Shown piece by piece: positions 9,180 through 17,591 of a stretch of DNA of 64,000 bases. Both the position numbers and the translations under genes were made by a program. Within the stretch, counting starts at the first letter, position 1. Each line of letters begins with the position of its first letter. The stretch comes from an uncultured Solirubrobacterales bacterium (GTDB lineage Bacteria; Actinomycetota; Thermoleophilia; Solirubrobacterales; Solirubrobacteraceae), in NCBI GenBank assembly GCA_963749545.1, contig CAVVNG010000003.1, positions 207,786 to 271,785 on the forward strand. The letters run 5' to 3'. Below the pieces are notes generated by a model that saw nothing but the letters and a program-made list of their open reading frames with translations, did not search any database and was not told the origin of the DNA.

Positions 9180-9209
9180 CCCGAACAGAACCGATGTTCT
9201 GTTCTCGGG
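9180..9209. promoter_or_regulatory. strong palindrome GAACAGAAC-CGAT-GTTCTGTTC (operator-like or terminator-like)
   Basis: A perfect 9-bp inverted repeat with a 4-nt spacer spans 9183-9204, extended by CCC/GGG with one bulge. It lies 86 nt downstream of the EamA stop, within the long leader of the permease. Confidence 0.4.
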
Positions 9210-9294
9210 TCGGGAACATACCAGCACCGAACAGCGATGACAAGACGCGTTCGCCAACTATCTGCCCGCCGGTTGTGGTGGCGCTCTGAGTCGC

Positions 9295-10131
9295 CTACGT
9301 GGCGGCCAGCAGGGTCACTCCGATGGTCACGATGACCAGCCCCGCGAACTGCAGTCGAGTTAGCCTCTCGTGGAAGATGAAGTACGCGCCGACGCTGGAG
9401 AGGGCCGCGAACTGCGCCGAGAGGACGGCGGCCACGGCCAGCCCGTGACGGGCCCCGAGCGTATAGCTGATGATGCCGGCGACCTCGGCCGTGCCCGCCA
9501 AGGCGACGAGCAGCAGCACCTGACGCGGAGCGCGGACGAGCTTTGGAGCGCCGCTCGGCAACATCAAGATGCTGCCGAACAGCCGCGCCGACAGCACCAC
9601 CCAAAGCGCCGAGACCTCGACGGCCACCCGACCGGTCGTGTAGAGGCCGACGCCGAACACGGCGGCGGCAGGGATCGCGATGAAGGCCGAACGGACGCCG
9701 CTGACATGACGGTCGGTCGGATCGCGATGCGCGGCCGCTAGCACCACGCCAACGCTGATCACGAGCAGGAGCACGGCGGTATGGACGGCGAGCGGAAGCC
9801 CAGCGAACACCGCGATCACCGCGGCGATCGCTCCCTCGGTCGAGCAGATCGGCACCACCACGCCGACTTTGCCGCGGCGGAGAGCCGCGTATTCCATGAC
9901 GAGTCCGATGACGTTGGCCAGCCCGGAGATGACCAGCAGAACGATCGTGTGGGCCGTGAGCTGGCCGGCGTCCGCGAACAGGATCGTTGGCGGCGCAACC
10001 AGCAACAGACCAAAGCCCATCACACCGCCCAGCGTGGCCGTGGCCCCGATCGAGCGGCTGGCCGACGACGCGCACAACGCCGAGACCGTGAAGCACAGCG
10101 CTGCGCCGAGGCCGCCGAGTACGGCGATCAT
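9295..10131 (-). CDS. EamA/DMT-family transporter
   Basis: 278 aa and hydrophobic throughout, with about 10 predicted helices. It shows the duplicated EamA-like architecture (…VISGLANVIGLVMEYAALRRGKVGVVVPI…). Confidence 0.8.
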   Translation of the reverse strand: MIAVLGGLGAALCFTVSALCASSASRSIGATATLGGVMGFGLLLVAPPTILFADAGQLTAHTIVLLVISGLANVIGLVMEYAALRRGKVGVVVPICSTEGAIAAVIAVFAGLPLAVHTAVLLLVISVGVVLAAAHRDPTDRHVSGVRSAFIAIPAAAVFGVGLYTTGRVAVEVSALWVVLSARLFGSILMLPSGAPKLVRAPRQVLLLVALAGTAEVAGIISYTLGARHGLAVAAVLSAQFAALSSVGAYFIFHERLTRLQFAGLVIVTIGVTLLAAT

Positions 10132-10232
10132 CTCGAGGTTGCGCGCGAGCTGCGGCGCGGCCGCGTGGATGCGGCGTCGATTACGATCTTGGCGTTCGGG
10201 CTCACGTGCTCAGCGTATGTGCCCCGGGTCTG

Positions 10233-10817
10233 ATGGACGATTCGCTTCGAGAAAATTTGGGCCAGCGGTTGCGGCACCTCAGAGAGGAGACGGGCCGAGG
10301 GCTGCGCGAGCAAGCCCGCGAGATCGGCATCTCGGCCTCCTCCCTCTCCGCGCTGGAGAACAACGCCGGGGGTGTCTCGCTGCAGCGCCTTCAGCGCGTC
10401 GCCGATCACTTCGGCCTGCACATCACCGACCTTCTCGCCGGCCCCGACGAGGTCGAGGAGAATGGTCGCCCGAGCAAGCCCGAGGTGATCCGCGGCTGGG
10501 CGACCAGCGCGGCCGGCGTACAGCGCGGGGATGGAGTCCTCTACCAGCTCCTCGGACACGGACACAACCACCAGATCCAGCCCTACCTGATCTCGTTCCA
10601 GCCCGGCGCCAGCTACCGCAACGACCCCATCGCGCACGCCGGCGAGGAGTTTGCCTTCGTCGTGTTCGGAGAGGTTGAGTTGCTCCTCGGCAAGGAAGCG
10701 TACGTGCTCGTCCAGGGCGATGCGATCCGGTTCCGGACAGAGACCCCGCACGCGTTTCGCAACGCGTCGGAGCTCGGGGTGGCGATCCTGATCGGCGCTG
10801 CCACCCCGCCCTGGTGA
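10233..10817 (+). CDS. XRE-family HTH regulator with C-terminal cupin domain
   Basis: The ATG at 10233 gives MDDSLRENLGQRLRHLREETGRGLREQAREIGISASSLSALENN (HTH_3). The C-terminus HAGEEFAFVVFGEVELLLG...GDAIRF is cupin-like. It is divergent from the EamA gene. Confidence 0.85.
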   Translation: MDDSLRENLGQRLRHLREETGRGLREQAREIGISASSLSALENNAGGVSLQRLQRVADHFGLHITDLLAGPDEVEENGRPSKPEVIRGWATSAAGVQRGDGVLYQLLGHGHNHQIQPYLISFQPGASYRNDPIAHAGEEFAFVVFGEVELLLGKEAYVLVQGDAIRFRTETPHAFRNASELGVAILIGAATPPW

Positions 10818-10861
10818 ACGGTCGGGTTCGCCCGCTCAGCCGTCCCCGGTGACATCCGGCC

Positions 10862-11490
10862 TCACGTCCATCCGCGGGCCGCGACTGACCAGATGTCGGT
10901 GACTGATCCGTGGTCGACGACGTGGGCCGCAGCGTGGAGGTTGACGGTCGTGCAGGCATGGTTGGGGATCACCCGCACCCGGGTGCCGACGTCGAGACGC
11001 GCGCTGGCGTCGACCCGCGCGATCGCATGCTCCTCGTAGAGCCGCTCGATGGCCACCCTCGGCATCCCGCACACCATCCCGTAACCCCCGGCTCGCATCG
11101 TCATCCGATCACTGGACAGCGCCTTGGAACCAGCGTCGAAGATGACCCGCTCCGGCTGCGGCCGCGAGATCACGGTGGTCAACACGGTAAGGGCGCATGA
11201 ATCCACGGACGCGGTTCCCAGCGCGACCTGAGTGGCGTCGTTGAACACGTAGTTCCCCGGGCGAACCTGCATGCCGGCCGCGCGGCTATCGAGGCAGTTC
11301 GCCGTGGGCGTCGACCCGATGCTGAGAATCGGTGAGTCGATGCCGCGACGCCGCACCGCTGTGGCCGTCGAGCGGATCGCCGCGATCTCCTCCCCGGCGA
11401 TCGTTCGCAGCTCGGCGTCGTCGCGCGCCCCGTAGGCGTGGCCGGCGAACGTCATCAGGCCGGCGTACTCGACGTGACGGAGGCCGTGTG
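10862..11490 (-). pseudogene. 5'-truncated D-serine dehydratase / D-threonine aldolase-like (alanine-racemase-fold PLP enzyme) remnant
   Basis: Only the region from about GLRHVEYAGLMTFAGHAYG...SIGSTPT...RPGNYVFND...DAGSKALSSD...EEHAI...VIPNHACTTVNL...ARGW is present. The N-terminal ~150 aa, including the PLP-lysine region, are absent. The upstream in-frame residues are Arg/Ser-rich nonsense. Confidence 0.65.
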
Positions 11491-11494
11491 ACCA

Positions 11495-12602
11495 CTGCGT
11501 CTCCGAGGATCGCGGCGCCGAGCGCGGCGCACGCGCTGCACTCGGTTGTCCGGATCGGGACTCCCAGCACGTCGGCCTTGATCTGGTTCCACAGCGCGCT
11601 GCGCGCCTCGCCGTCGACCAGCGTGATCGGCTGTTGCGGGTTGCGTCCGGGGGCGACGAGGTCGAGCGTCGGGGGGTACTGAAAGGCGATGCCCTCGAGG
11701 ATCGCCCGCATGAAGTGGGCGCGGGTATGGCCCGACACGATGCCGAGAAAACCCCCGGTGGCGCCCTCGACAAACCATGGGGCGCGATTGCCGCCGTCGA
11801 CGAAGGGCAGAAACACGAGACCGTCGGCGCCCGCGGTGATCGGCCGCGCCTGCTCGATCAGCGACAGGTAATCGCCGCCGCGCTGTGCGAACTCGTCGCG
11901 GAACCACCGCAACGATGAGCCCGTGCTCTCGATGCAGACCTCGAAGATGAATTCGTCCGGGATCACGTGCCGAGCCAGGTCGCCCCGGGCCAGCTCGCTG
12001 TCCGGCCGGCACTCGCGGGTGACGATGCGCCAGTCGCTGCTCGTGCCGGTGCCGGCGCACAGATCGCCCTCGGCGATCGCTCCAGACCCGAGCGTTGCGC
12101 TCGGGTCATCGCCACCGCCGGCCGCCACCGGAATGCCGGCGCGTAGTCCGAGCAGCTCCGCGGCGCGCTGCGGCAGCTCGGCCACGCACTCCCCGGAGCG
12201 CCAACGGACCGGCGGGAGCAGTTCCAGCGGAATCGAGCTGCCGCCGCAGATCTCCTGGCACCAATCGTCGAGACGGACGTCGTTCATCACGCTGCGCGCG
12301 GGCATCGTCATGTCGGATCCGTCGGCACCGGTCAGCCGCTCAAGCACGAAGTCCTTGGGCGCCCTCAGCCGGCGCACCTCGCGCCACATCTCGGGCCGGT
12401 GGCGCTGCTGCCACAGCAGCGTGGGCAAGCCCAGTCCAGGAATGGGCAGGACAGTCCTCGGGGTCGTTTTCCGCCCACCCCGGTCGGGCACGGTGCGTCG
12501 GATGCTCGACGGTCGCGTACGCCAACTGCCGACCATCGAGCCCCACTGCGAGGGCCTTGACGCTGCTCGTGCCGATGTCAACGCCGAGAGCCAGCCATCG
12601 CG
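11495..12602 (-). pseudogene. second FGGY-family kinase paralog, degraded (internal out-of-frame deletion and 3' truncation)
   Basis: LALGVDIGTSSVKALAVGLDGRQLAYATVEHPTHRARPGWAENDPED lies in one frame (about 12602-12456). IPGLGLPTLLWQQRH...GEARSALWNQIKADVLGVPIRT...ALGAAILG lies in another. About 70 codons present in the paralog at 5732..7360 are missing between them. The kinase ends abruptly at about 11502. Confidence 0.75.
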
Positions 12603-12803
12603 GCCTGAGGACGGGTCAGCGGTCAACGTTCACACCACAAGCCTGACACCCAATCCTCGTCCAATCTGCCCGAACGGAGCAACGGTCCTGTTCGCTGTGG
12701 AGAGACATAGACCCTGCGGACGCTTCTTTCAAGCGCGGCGGGTGTCACGGCGAGGTATCCCAGTCCGAGGTCGGGCGCGCGGCCGGGACCTGCTGCGCGC
12801 CGA

Positions 12804-13727
12804 TCAGTAGCCCTGGTCCAAATCGACGACATTCTCGAGCTCGGTGCCTTCGATCCAACGCCCGAGATTCGCGATGAACAGCTCGAGTTCGCGCATCGCC
12901 GTCTGCCGCGTGGCATCAGCACGATGGGCCGAGATGATCAGGTTGGGCGCAGACCACAGCGGGGAGTCGGACGGCAGAGGCTCCTGGTGGAACACGTCGA
13001 GCGCGGCCCCGCGCAGCCGGCCGGCCCGCAGGGCTTCGGCCAACGCATCCTCATCGAGGATAGGCCCGCGACCGACGTTGACGAGGACCGCCTCGGGCGC
13101 GAGCAGGGATAGCTCACGCCGTCCGACCAAGCCACGCGTGGCGTGGGTCAGGGGGGCGGCGATAACCAGCGCGTCGAGTCGCGGCAGAACTGATGCGAGC
13201 TCGCTGGTCGGGAAGACCTCCTCGATCTCCGGCACGGATCCAGCGGTACGTCGCAGTCCGATCAAGTGGACACCGAACGGGACCAGCAGCTGGGCGCAGG
13301 ACCGCCCCAGCGCGCCGAGCCCGAGAATCCCAACCGTCTTGCCGCGCAGTTCGTCGAGCCACATGTCCGAGCGCCAGGCTCGCCTGTGCTGGCTCTCGAG
13401 GAGCTCGGGAATGCGCTTGAACAGACACAGCAGCACGCAGACCAAATACTCGGCAATCGCGCTCCCGTGAGGCCCCGACCCGTTGGTGAGGGTCAGGCTC
13501 CGCGTCCGGCATGCCTCGAGCAGAGGCGGCGTAACGCCGGCGGCGCGGGTATGGACCCATGCGAGCGCCGGCTGCTCATCGATCGCCGAGACCGCCTCGT
13601 CAATCGCCCCGTGGGAGACGAACAGGCAGTCACCGTTGGCGGCCGACTCGGTGCCGAGGCGCGACACGTGGTCCCCCAGCCAGACGCGCTCGTCGGCGTC
13701 GAAGTCACCGACGGTTAGAACCTGCAT
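12804..13727 (-). CDS. D-isomer-specific 2-hydroxyacid dehydrogenase family protein
   Basis: Motifs are GKTVGILGLGALGR (NAD binding), LVNVGRGPILDEDAL, AALDVFHQEPLP and ISAHRAD. Confidence 0.9.
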   Translation of the reverse strand: MQVLTVGDFDADERVWLGDHVSRLGTESAANGDCLFVSHGAIDEAVSAIDEQPALAWVHTRAAGVTPPLLEACRTRSLTLTNGSGPHGSAIAEYLVCVLLCLFKRIPELLESQHRRAWRSDMWLDELRGKTVGILGLGALGRSCAQLLVPFGVHLIGLRRTAGSVPEIEEVFPTSELASVLPRLDALVIAAPLTHATRGLVGRRELSLLAPEAVLVNVGRGPILDEDALAEALRAGRLRGAALDVFHQEPLPSDSPLWSAPNLIISAHRADATRQTAMRELELFIANLGRWIEGTELENVVDLDQGY

Positions 13728-13799
13728 CGGCTCAACGTGGACTTCTTACATGGGCGCACAAAGGGCGCCGATTCTAGTTAGCGCCGTGGTAAGAAAGGA

Positions 13800-13836
13800 C
13801 CACGCACCGCGCACGAAGCTCGCGCGCGGTGCGTGG
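13800..13836 (-). terminator. stem-loop downstream of the MFS gene
   Basis: A perfect 13-bp stem, CCACGCACCGCGC / GCGCGGTGCGTGG, lies 24 nt past the stop at 13860. On the minus strand it is followed by GTCCTTTCTTACC. Confidence 0.5.
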
Positions 13837-13859
13837 GGTGCGCCCAGCGGAGGGTGAGC

Positions 13860-15422
13860 TCAGGCGGCGCTCAGCTCCAGGGTGTCGTTGCGACCCATGG
13901 CCAGCTCGGGCTGATCACGCTCGATCTCGCGCTCGCGGACGAGCCAGAGAGCGAGCGCCGCACCGGTGATGGCAACCAGTCCACCGATCACGAGGATCGC
14001 GTTGAACCCGGTGAGGAAGCCCTGGCGCGTGGCCTCCACGACGGCCTCTCGGGCGCCGTGCGGCACGCCGCTGACCGCCTGGGCCAGATGGCCGCTCGTA
14101 AGAGCCTCGACCAGCTGGCGCGGGTGGCCGCCGGTGGCGGCCGGAGTGCCGGAGGCCACGGAGGCCACCTTGTCCGACGCCTGAGCCAGGAAGATGGCTC
14201 CCCAGGCCGCCACGCCGACGGCGACGCCGACCTGGCGGAATGTGTCGTTGATCCCGGCGGCCATGCCGCTGCGCTCCTTGGACACGACGCTCAGCGCCAC
14301 ATCGGCGATGACCGGGTTCAGCAGACCGACTCCGACACCGGCGAGGAGGAACCCGGGCAGGAGCTCGGTCCAGCCCGACCCCGCCTGCACGCCCGACATC
14401 AGCAGCAGTCCGACGCCGGTGCCCAGCAGCCCGAGCGCCATCAGCACCCGCGCGTGCACCCGCCCGAGCAGTACTCCGGCCAGCGGCGCCACGAGGAAGC
14501 TCGCCAGCGTCACGGGCAGGTACCTGAGCCCGGCCTGCAGCGGCGAGTAGCCGAGGTAATCCTGCAGGTACAACGTCAGGTACAGGAACAGCGCGAACAG
14601 CGACGCCGACACCGCGAAGGCCGCGAACTGCACGCCGGTGAAGGCGCGACTGCGGAACAACTCGAGCGGCAGCATCGGCTCGGCGACGCGGCGCTCGATC
14701 AGCACAAACGCCACCAGCGCCAGCGCGGCGGCCGCGAACAGCACGAGGATGAGGGGGCTACCCCAACCCTCATCGTTACCACGCAGGAGGGCGAAGACCA
14801 GCGCGAACAGACCTCCGCTGAGTGTGGTCAGCCCGAGCCAATCGACTCGAGACGCGTTGGGATCGCGCGACTCGCGCACCTGAGCACGGGTGATAGCCAA
14901 GGCCGCGATGCCGATCGGCACGTTGAGGAAGAACACCCACCTCCAGCCGAGGCCGGTCGTGATCGCGCCGCCGACGAGCGGGCCGACGGCCACGGAGATC
15001 CCGATCGTTGCCCCATAGATGCCCATCGCCGTACCCCGTTCCCGGCCGGCGGGGAACTCCTGGGCGAGGAGGGCCAGCGAGACGGCGAACATCGCCGCGC
15101 CGCCGATGCCCTGAATCGCCCTCGAGATGTTGAGGACGGTCGCGTCCGGGGCGAGCCCCGCAGCCAGCGAGGCTGCGGCGAATATCACCAGCCCACCGGC
15201 GAACAGCCGGCGCCGGCCGAACCGGTCGGCCAGAGAGCCCGCTGTGAGAACCACCGCCGCCAGCGCCAGCGTGTAGGCGTCTACCACCCACTGCAGGTCG
15301 TTGAAGGTCGCGCCGAGATCCTTGGCGATTGACGGGAGCGCCGTGTTGACGACGGTGATGTCGAGCAGGAGCATGAACGTCGCCACGCTCACCGCTATCA
15401 GAGTCCACCATTTTCTAGCCAT
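13860..15422 (-). CDS. MFS transporter, DHA2 (EmrB/QacA, 14-TMS) family
   Basis: The second ATG at 15422 is preceded by GGAGGA. The protein begins MARKWWTLIAVSVATFMLLLDITVVNTALPSIAKDLGATFNDLQWVVDAYTL and contains LADRFGRRRLF. Confidence 0.9.
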   Translation of the reverse strand: MARKWWTLIAVSVATFMLLLDITVVNTALPSIAKDLGATFNDLQWVVDAYTLALAAVVLTAGSLADRFGRRRLFAGGLVIFAAASLAAGLAPDATVLNISRAIQGIGGAAMFAVSLALLAQEFPAGRERGTAMGIYGATIGISVAVGPLVGGAITTGLGWRWVFFLNVPIGIAALAITRAQVRESRDPNASRVDWLGLTTLSGGLFALVFALLRGNDEGWGSPLILVLFAAAALALVAFVLIERRVAEPMLPLELFRSRAFTGVQFAAFAVSASLFALFLYLTLYLQDYLGYSPLQAGLRYLPVTLASFLVAPLAGVLLGRVHARVLMALGLLGTGVGLLLMSGVQAGSGWTELLPGFLLAGVGVGLLNPVIADVALSVVSKERSGMAAGINDTFRQVGVAVGVAAWGAIFLAQASDKVASVASGTPAATGGHPRQLVEALTSGHLAQAVSGVPHGAREAVVEATRQGFLTGFNAILVIGGLVAITGAALALWLVREREIERDQPELAMGRNDTLELSAA

Positions 15423-15450
15423 GAATTCCTCCATTCGCTGAGCTATACTG

Positions 15451-15507
15451 GTCAGGCAACCTTGTAAGGCTTCCTGATCGTTCGGTCACCTTATCAGGTT
15501 TCCTGAC
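15451..15507. promoter_or_regulatory. putative MarR operator / divergent promoter region
   Basis: GTCAGGCAACC (15451-61) is an inverted repeat of GGTTTCCTGAC (15497-15507) with one mismatch. Nested TCAGG/CCTGA half-sites include TCAGGTTTCCTGA (15494-15506). Confidence 0.4.
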
Positions 15508-15510
15508 GAT

Positions 15511-15966
15511 ATGTCCAGCGAAATTCCCACCATCACACGAGTCCCGATGATCGGCCTGCTGAGCACGGCCATGGACAAGTTCAGCGAGGAGCTCTACGAG
15601 CGGGTGGAGGCCGCCGGTCTCAAGGACATTCGCCCTGGACATGGGTGCGTGTTCAGTAACGTCCAGCCCGCGGGGTCACGGCTGACCGAACTCGCTGAAC
15701 GGGCGTGCATGACCAAGCAGACCGTCGGCGAGGTCGCGAGCGACCTCGAGGGCCTCGGCTACGTCGAGCGCGTCCCTGACCCCGCGGACGGCCGCGCAAA
15801 GATCATCCGCCTCACCGAGCGCGGTCGCGAAGCCCAGGTGATAGGCCGCGACCTGGTCGACGGTCTCGAGCGAGACTGGGGCGAGCGCTACGGCGAGGAG
15901 AACGTCGCCGCGCTACGCCGGGCGCTTGAGCTCGTAACGGCGGAGCGCTTCGGCGCCTGGATGTAG
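15511..15966 (+). CDS. MarR-family transcriptional regulator
   Basis: 151 aa. The winged-HTH segment is LTELAERACMTKQTVGEVASDLEGLGYVERVPDPADGRAKIIRLTERG. It is divergent from the MFS gene. Confidence 0.9.
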   Translation: MSSEIPTITRVPMIGLLSTAMDKFSEELYERVEAAGLKDIRPGHGCVFSNVQPAGSRLTELAERACMTKQTVGEVASDLEGLGYVERVPDPADGRAKIIRLTERGREAQVIGRDLVDGLERDWGERYGEENVAALRRALELVTAERFGAWM

Positions 15967-16080
15967 TCGGCATCCGGTCAGCTCGGCGACGACGAAAGAT
16001 GGGGCAAACGCCTCATGCCGCTCGCGCCGGCGATCCGTACGGTGGAGCTCAACCTACGGAATGTGAGAGGAGTTGGGTCG

Positions 16081-16782
16081 ATGAGTCTCTACGGACGCAT
16101 ATTCGCGGCGATGTACGACCACATGATCGGCAAGACCGAGAAGGCGGGACTGCGCGCCCACCGCCAGGGTTTGATCGCTCAGGCGAGCGGAGACGTACTC
16201 GAGATCGGCGGTGGGACAGGCGCCAACCTGGAGTTCTACGGAGGCGGAGTGCAGACGCTGACGATCACCGACCCCGAGAAGCCGATGATCCGCCGCCTGA
16301 AGCGGCGCATCGACGAGCGTCGCCCCGAGACGAGGTTGATGCGCGCACCGGCGGAGGACCTGCCATTCAACGACGCGAGCTTCGACGCCGTGGTCAGCAC
16401 GCTGGTGCTGTGCACCGTCGATGATCAACCCCGGGCGCTGCGCGAGCTTCACCGCGTGCTGCGGCCGGGTGGCAGGCTGCTGTTCATCGAGCACGTCCGC
16501 TCCGAGGACCCCAGGCTGGCCAGGACGCAGGACCGGATGGTGCCGATCAACGTGCGAATCGGCCACGGCTGTCACTGCAACCGTCCCACACTGGACACCA
16601 TTGGCCAGGCGGACTTCGAGGTCACGGACCTGCACAACGACACACTCCAGCACGCGCCGAAGTTCATATCGCCCCTGATCGTGGGCGTGGCTCGGCGCAG
16701 CGATGCCCGCTCGGCCAATGCCGATGAGGAGGGGCGCCGCTCGGTCAGTCAGCTCGTTGGGCGAGACACAGCCGTGCTGTGA
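16081..16782 (+). CDS. class I SAM-dependent methyltransferase
   Basis: The ATG at 16081 gives MSLYGRIF. Motif I is VLEIGGGTGANL. Also present are FDAVVSTLVLC and LRPGGRLLFIEH. Confidence 0.85.
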   Translation: MSLYGRIFAAMYDHMIGKTEKAGLRAHRQGLIAQASGDVLEIGGGTGANLEFYGGGVQTLTITDPEKPMIRRLKRRIDERRPETRLMRAPAEDLPFNDASFDAVVSTLVLCTVDDQPRALRELHRVLRPGGRLLFIEHVRSEDPRLARTQDRMVPINVRIGHGCHCNRPTLDTIGQADFEVTDLHNDTLQHAPKFISPLIVGVARRSDARSANADEEGRRSVSQLVGRDTAVL

Positions 16783-17536
16783 GCGGCACCATGAGGGTGC
16801 CGCCCTGGCCGTCGATTGCGCGGCCCACGGCGTCGAGCAACGCGGCACGCCGGGCCTCGTCCATGATGCGCACGGGCGAATGGGTGCTGAGCAGCGCCAC
16901 GTAACCCTGGGCGGAGTACGCGTGAGTCCAGTCATAGTGGCGGATGCCCGCGTCCGTGAGGCCGCCGGCCGCCGCGATCTCCTCGGTCCAGTGCGCGTCG
17001 TGGGCGGGGAACGGGTTGGCCGGATGGTTGGGGTCGTCGCTGGCCGGCTCGACGCCGGCCTCCTCGTAAGCCCTGACCAGGGCGTCCCGAGCGTCCGCCC
17101 CCTGCCACATCGGGCGATTCCAGAACGCTGCCAGGACTCCATCCGGCTCGAGCAGCGATGCGGCTCTCTCGTAGCCGACCGCGGGCGAGATCCAGTGCCA
17201 GGCCTGAGCTGCGAACACGAGCGGGAACGTCCGCCCGGCGGGGTCCCACGTCTCGAAGTCGCCGCGCTCGATGGCCACATCCGGATACGCGGCAAGGTTG
17301 CGGCGGGCCACGGCGGCCATCTCCGCGCTTGGCTCGACACCCACGACCGGAATGCCGCGTGCGGCGAACATGGTCGTCGCCTTGCCGGTCCCGGCGCCCA
17401 CCTCGAGAACCGCTCGACGTCTGTCGAGACGCGCCTGCTCGATCAGATCGTCGACCAGGCGGTCGGGATAGCTCGGCCGATGCCGGTCGTAGGTCTCGGC
17501 CACCTCGCCGAAGACAAGCCGTTGCTCGCGGGGCAT
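16745..17536 (-). CDS. class I SAM-dependent methyltransferase
   Basis: The ATG at 17536 gives MPREQRLVFGEVAETYDRHRPSYP. Motif I is VLEVGAGTGKAT. Also present are AAQAWHWI and LEPDGVLAAFW. Confidence 0.85.
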   Translation of the reverse strand: MPREQRLVFGEVAETYDRHRPSYPDRLVDDLIEQARLDRRRAVLEVGAGTGKATTMFAARGIPVVGVEPSAEMAAVARRNLAAYPDVAIERGDFETWDPAGRTFPLVFAAQAWHWISPAVGYERAASLLEPDGVLAAFWNRPMWQGADARDALVRAYEEAGVEPASDDPNHPANPFPAHDAHWTEEIAAAGGLTDAGIRHYDWTHAYSAQGYVALLSTHSPVRIMDEARRAALLDAVGRAIDGQGGTLMVPLTARLCLAQRAD

Positions 17537-17591
17537 CGGCCCAGTGTGGCAAGCATCGGTGGCGGTCGATGCGGGATCGACTGTGAGATGT

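Noticed and set aside
8867-9294. A possible riboswitch upstream of the amino-acid permease.
   Set aside because: I could not recognise conserved cores of the glycine, lysine, SAM, ZTP, guanidine or cobalamin classes by eye. It is kept only as an unexplained long leader in the findings.
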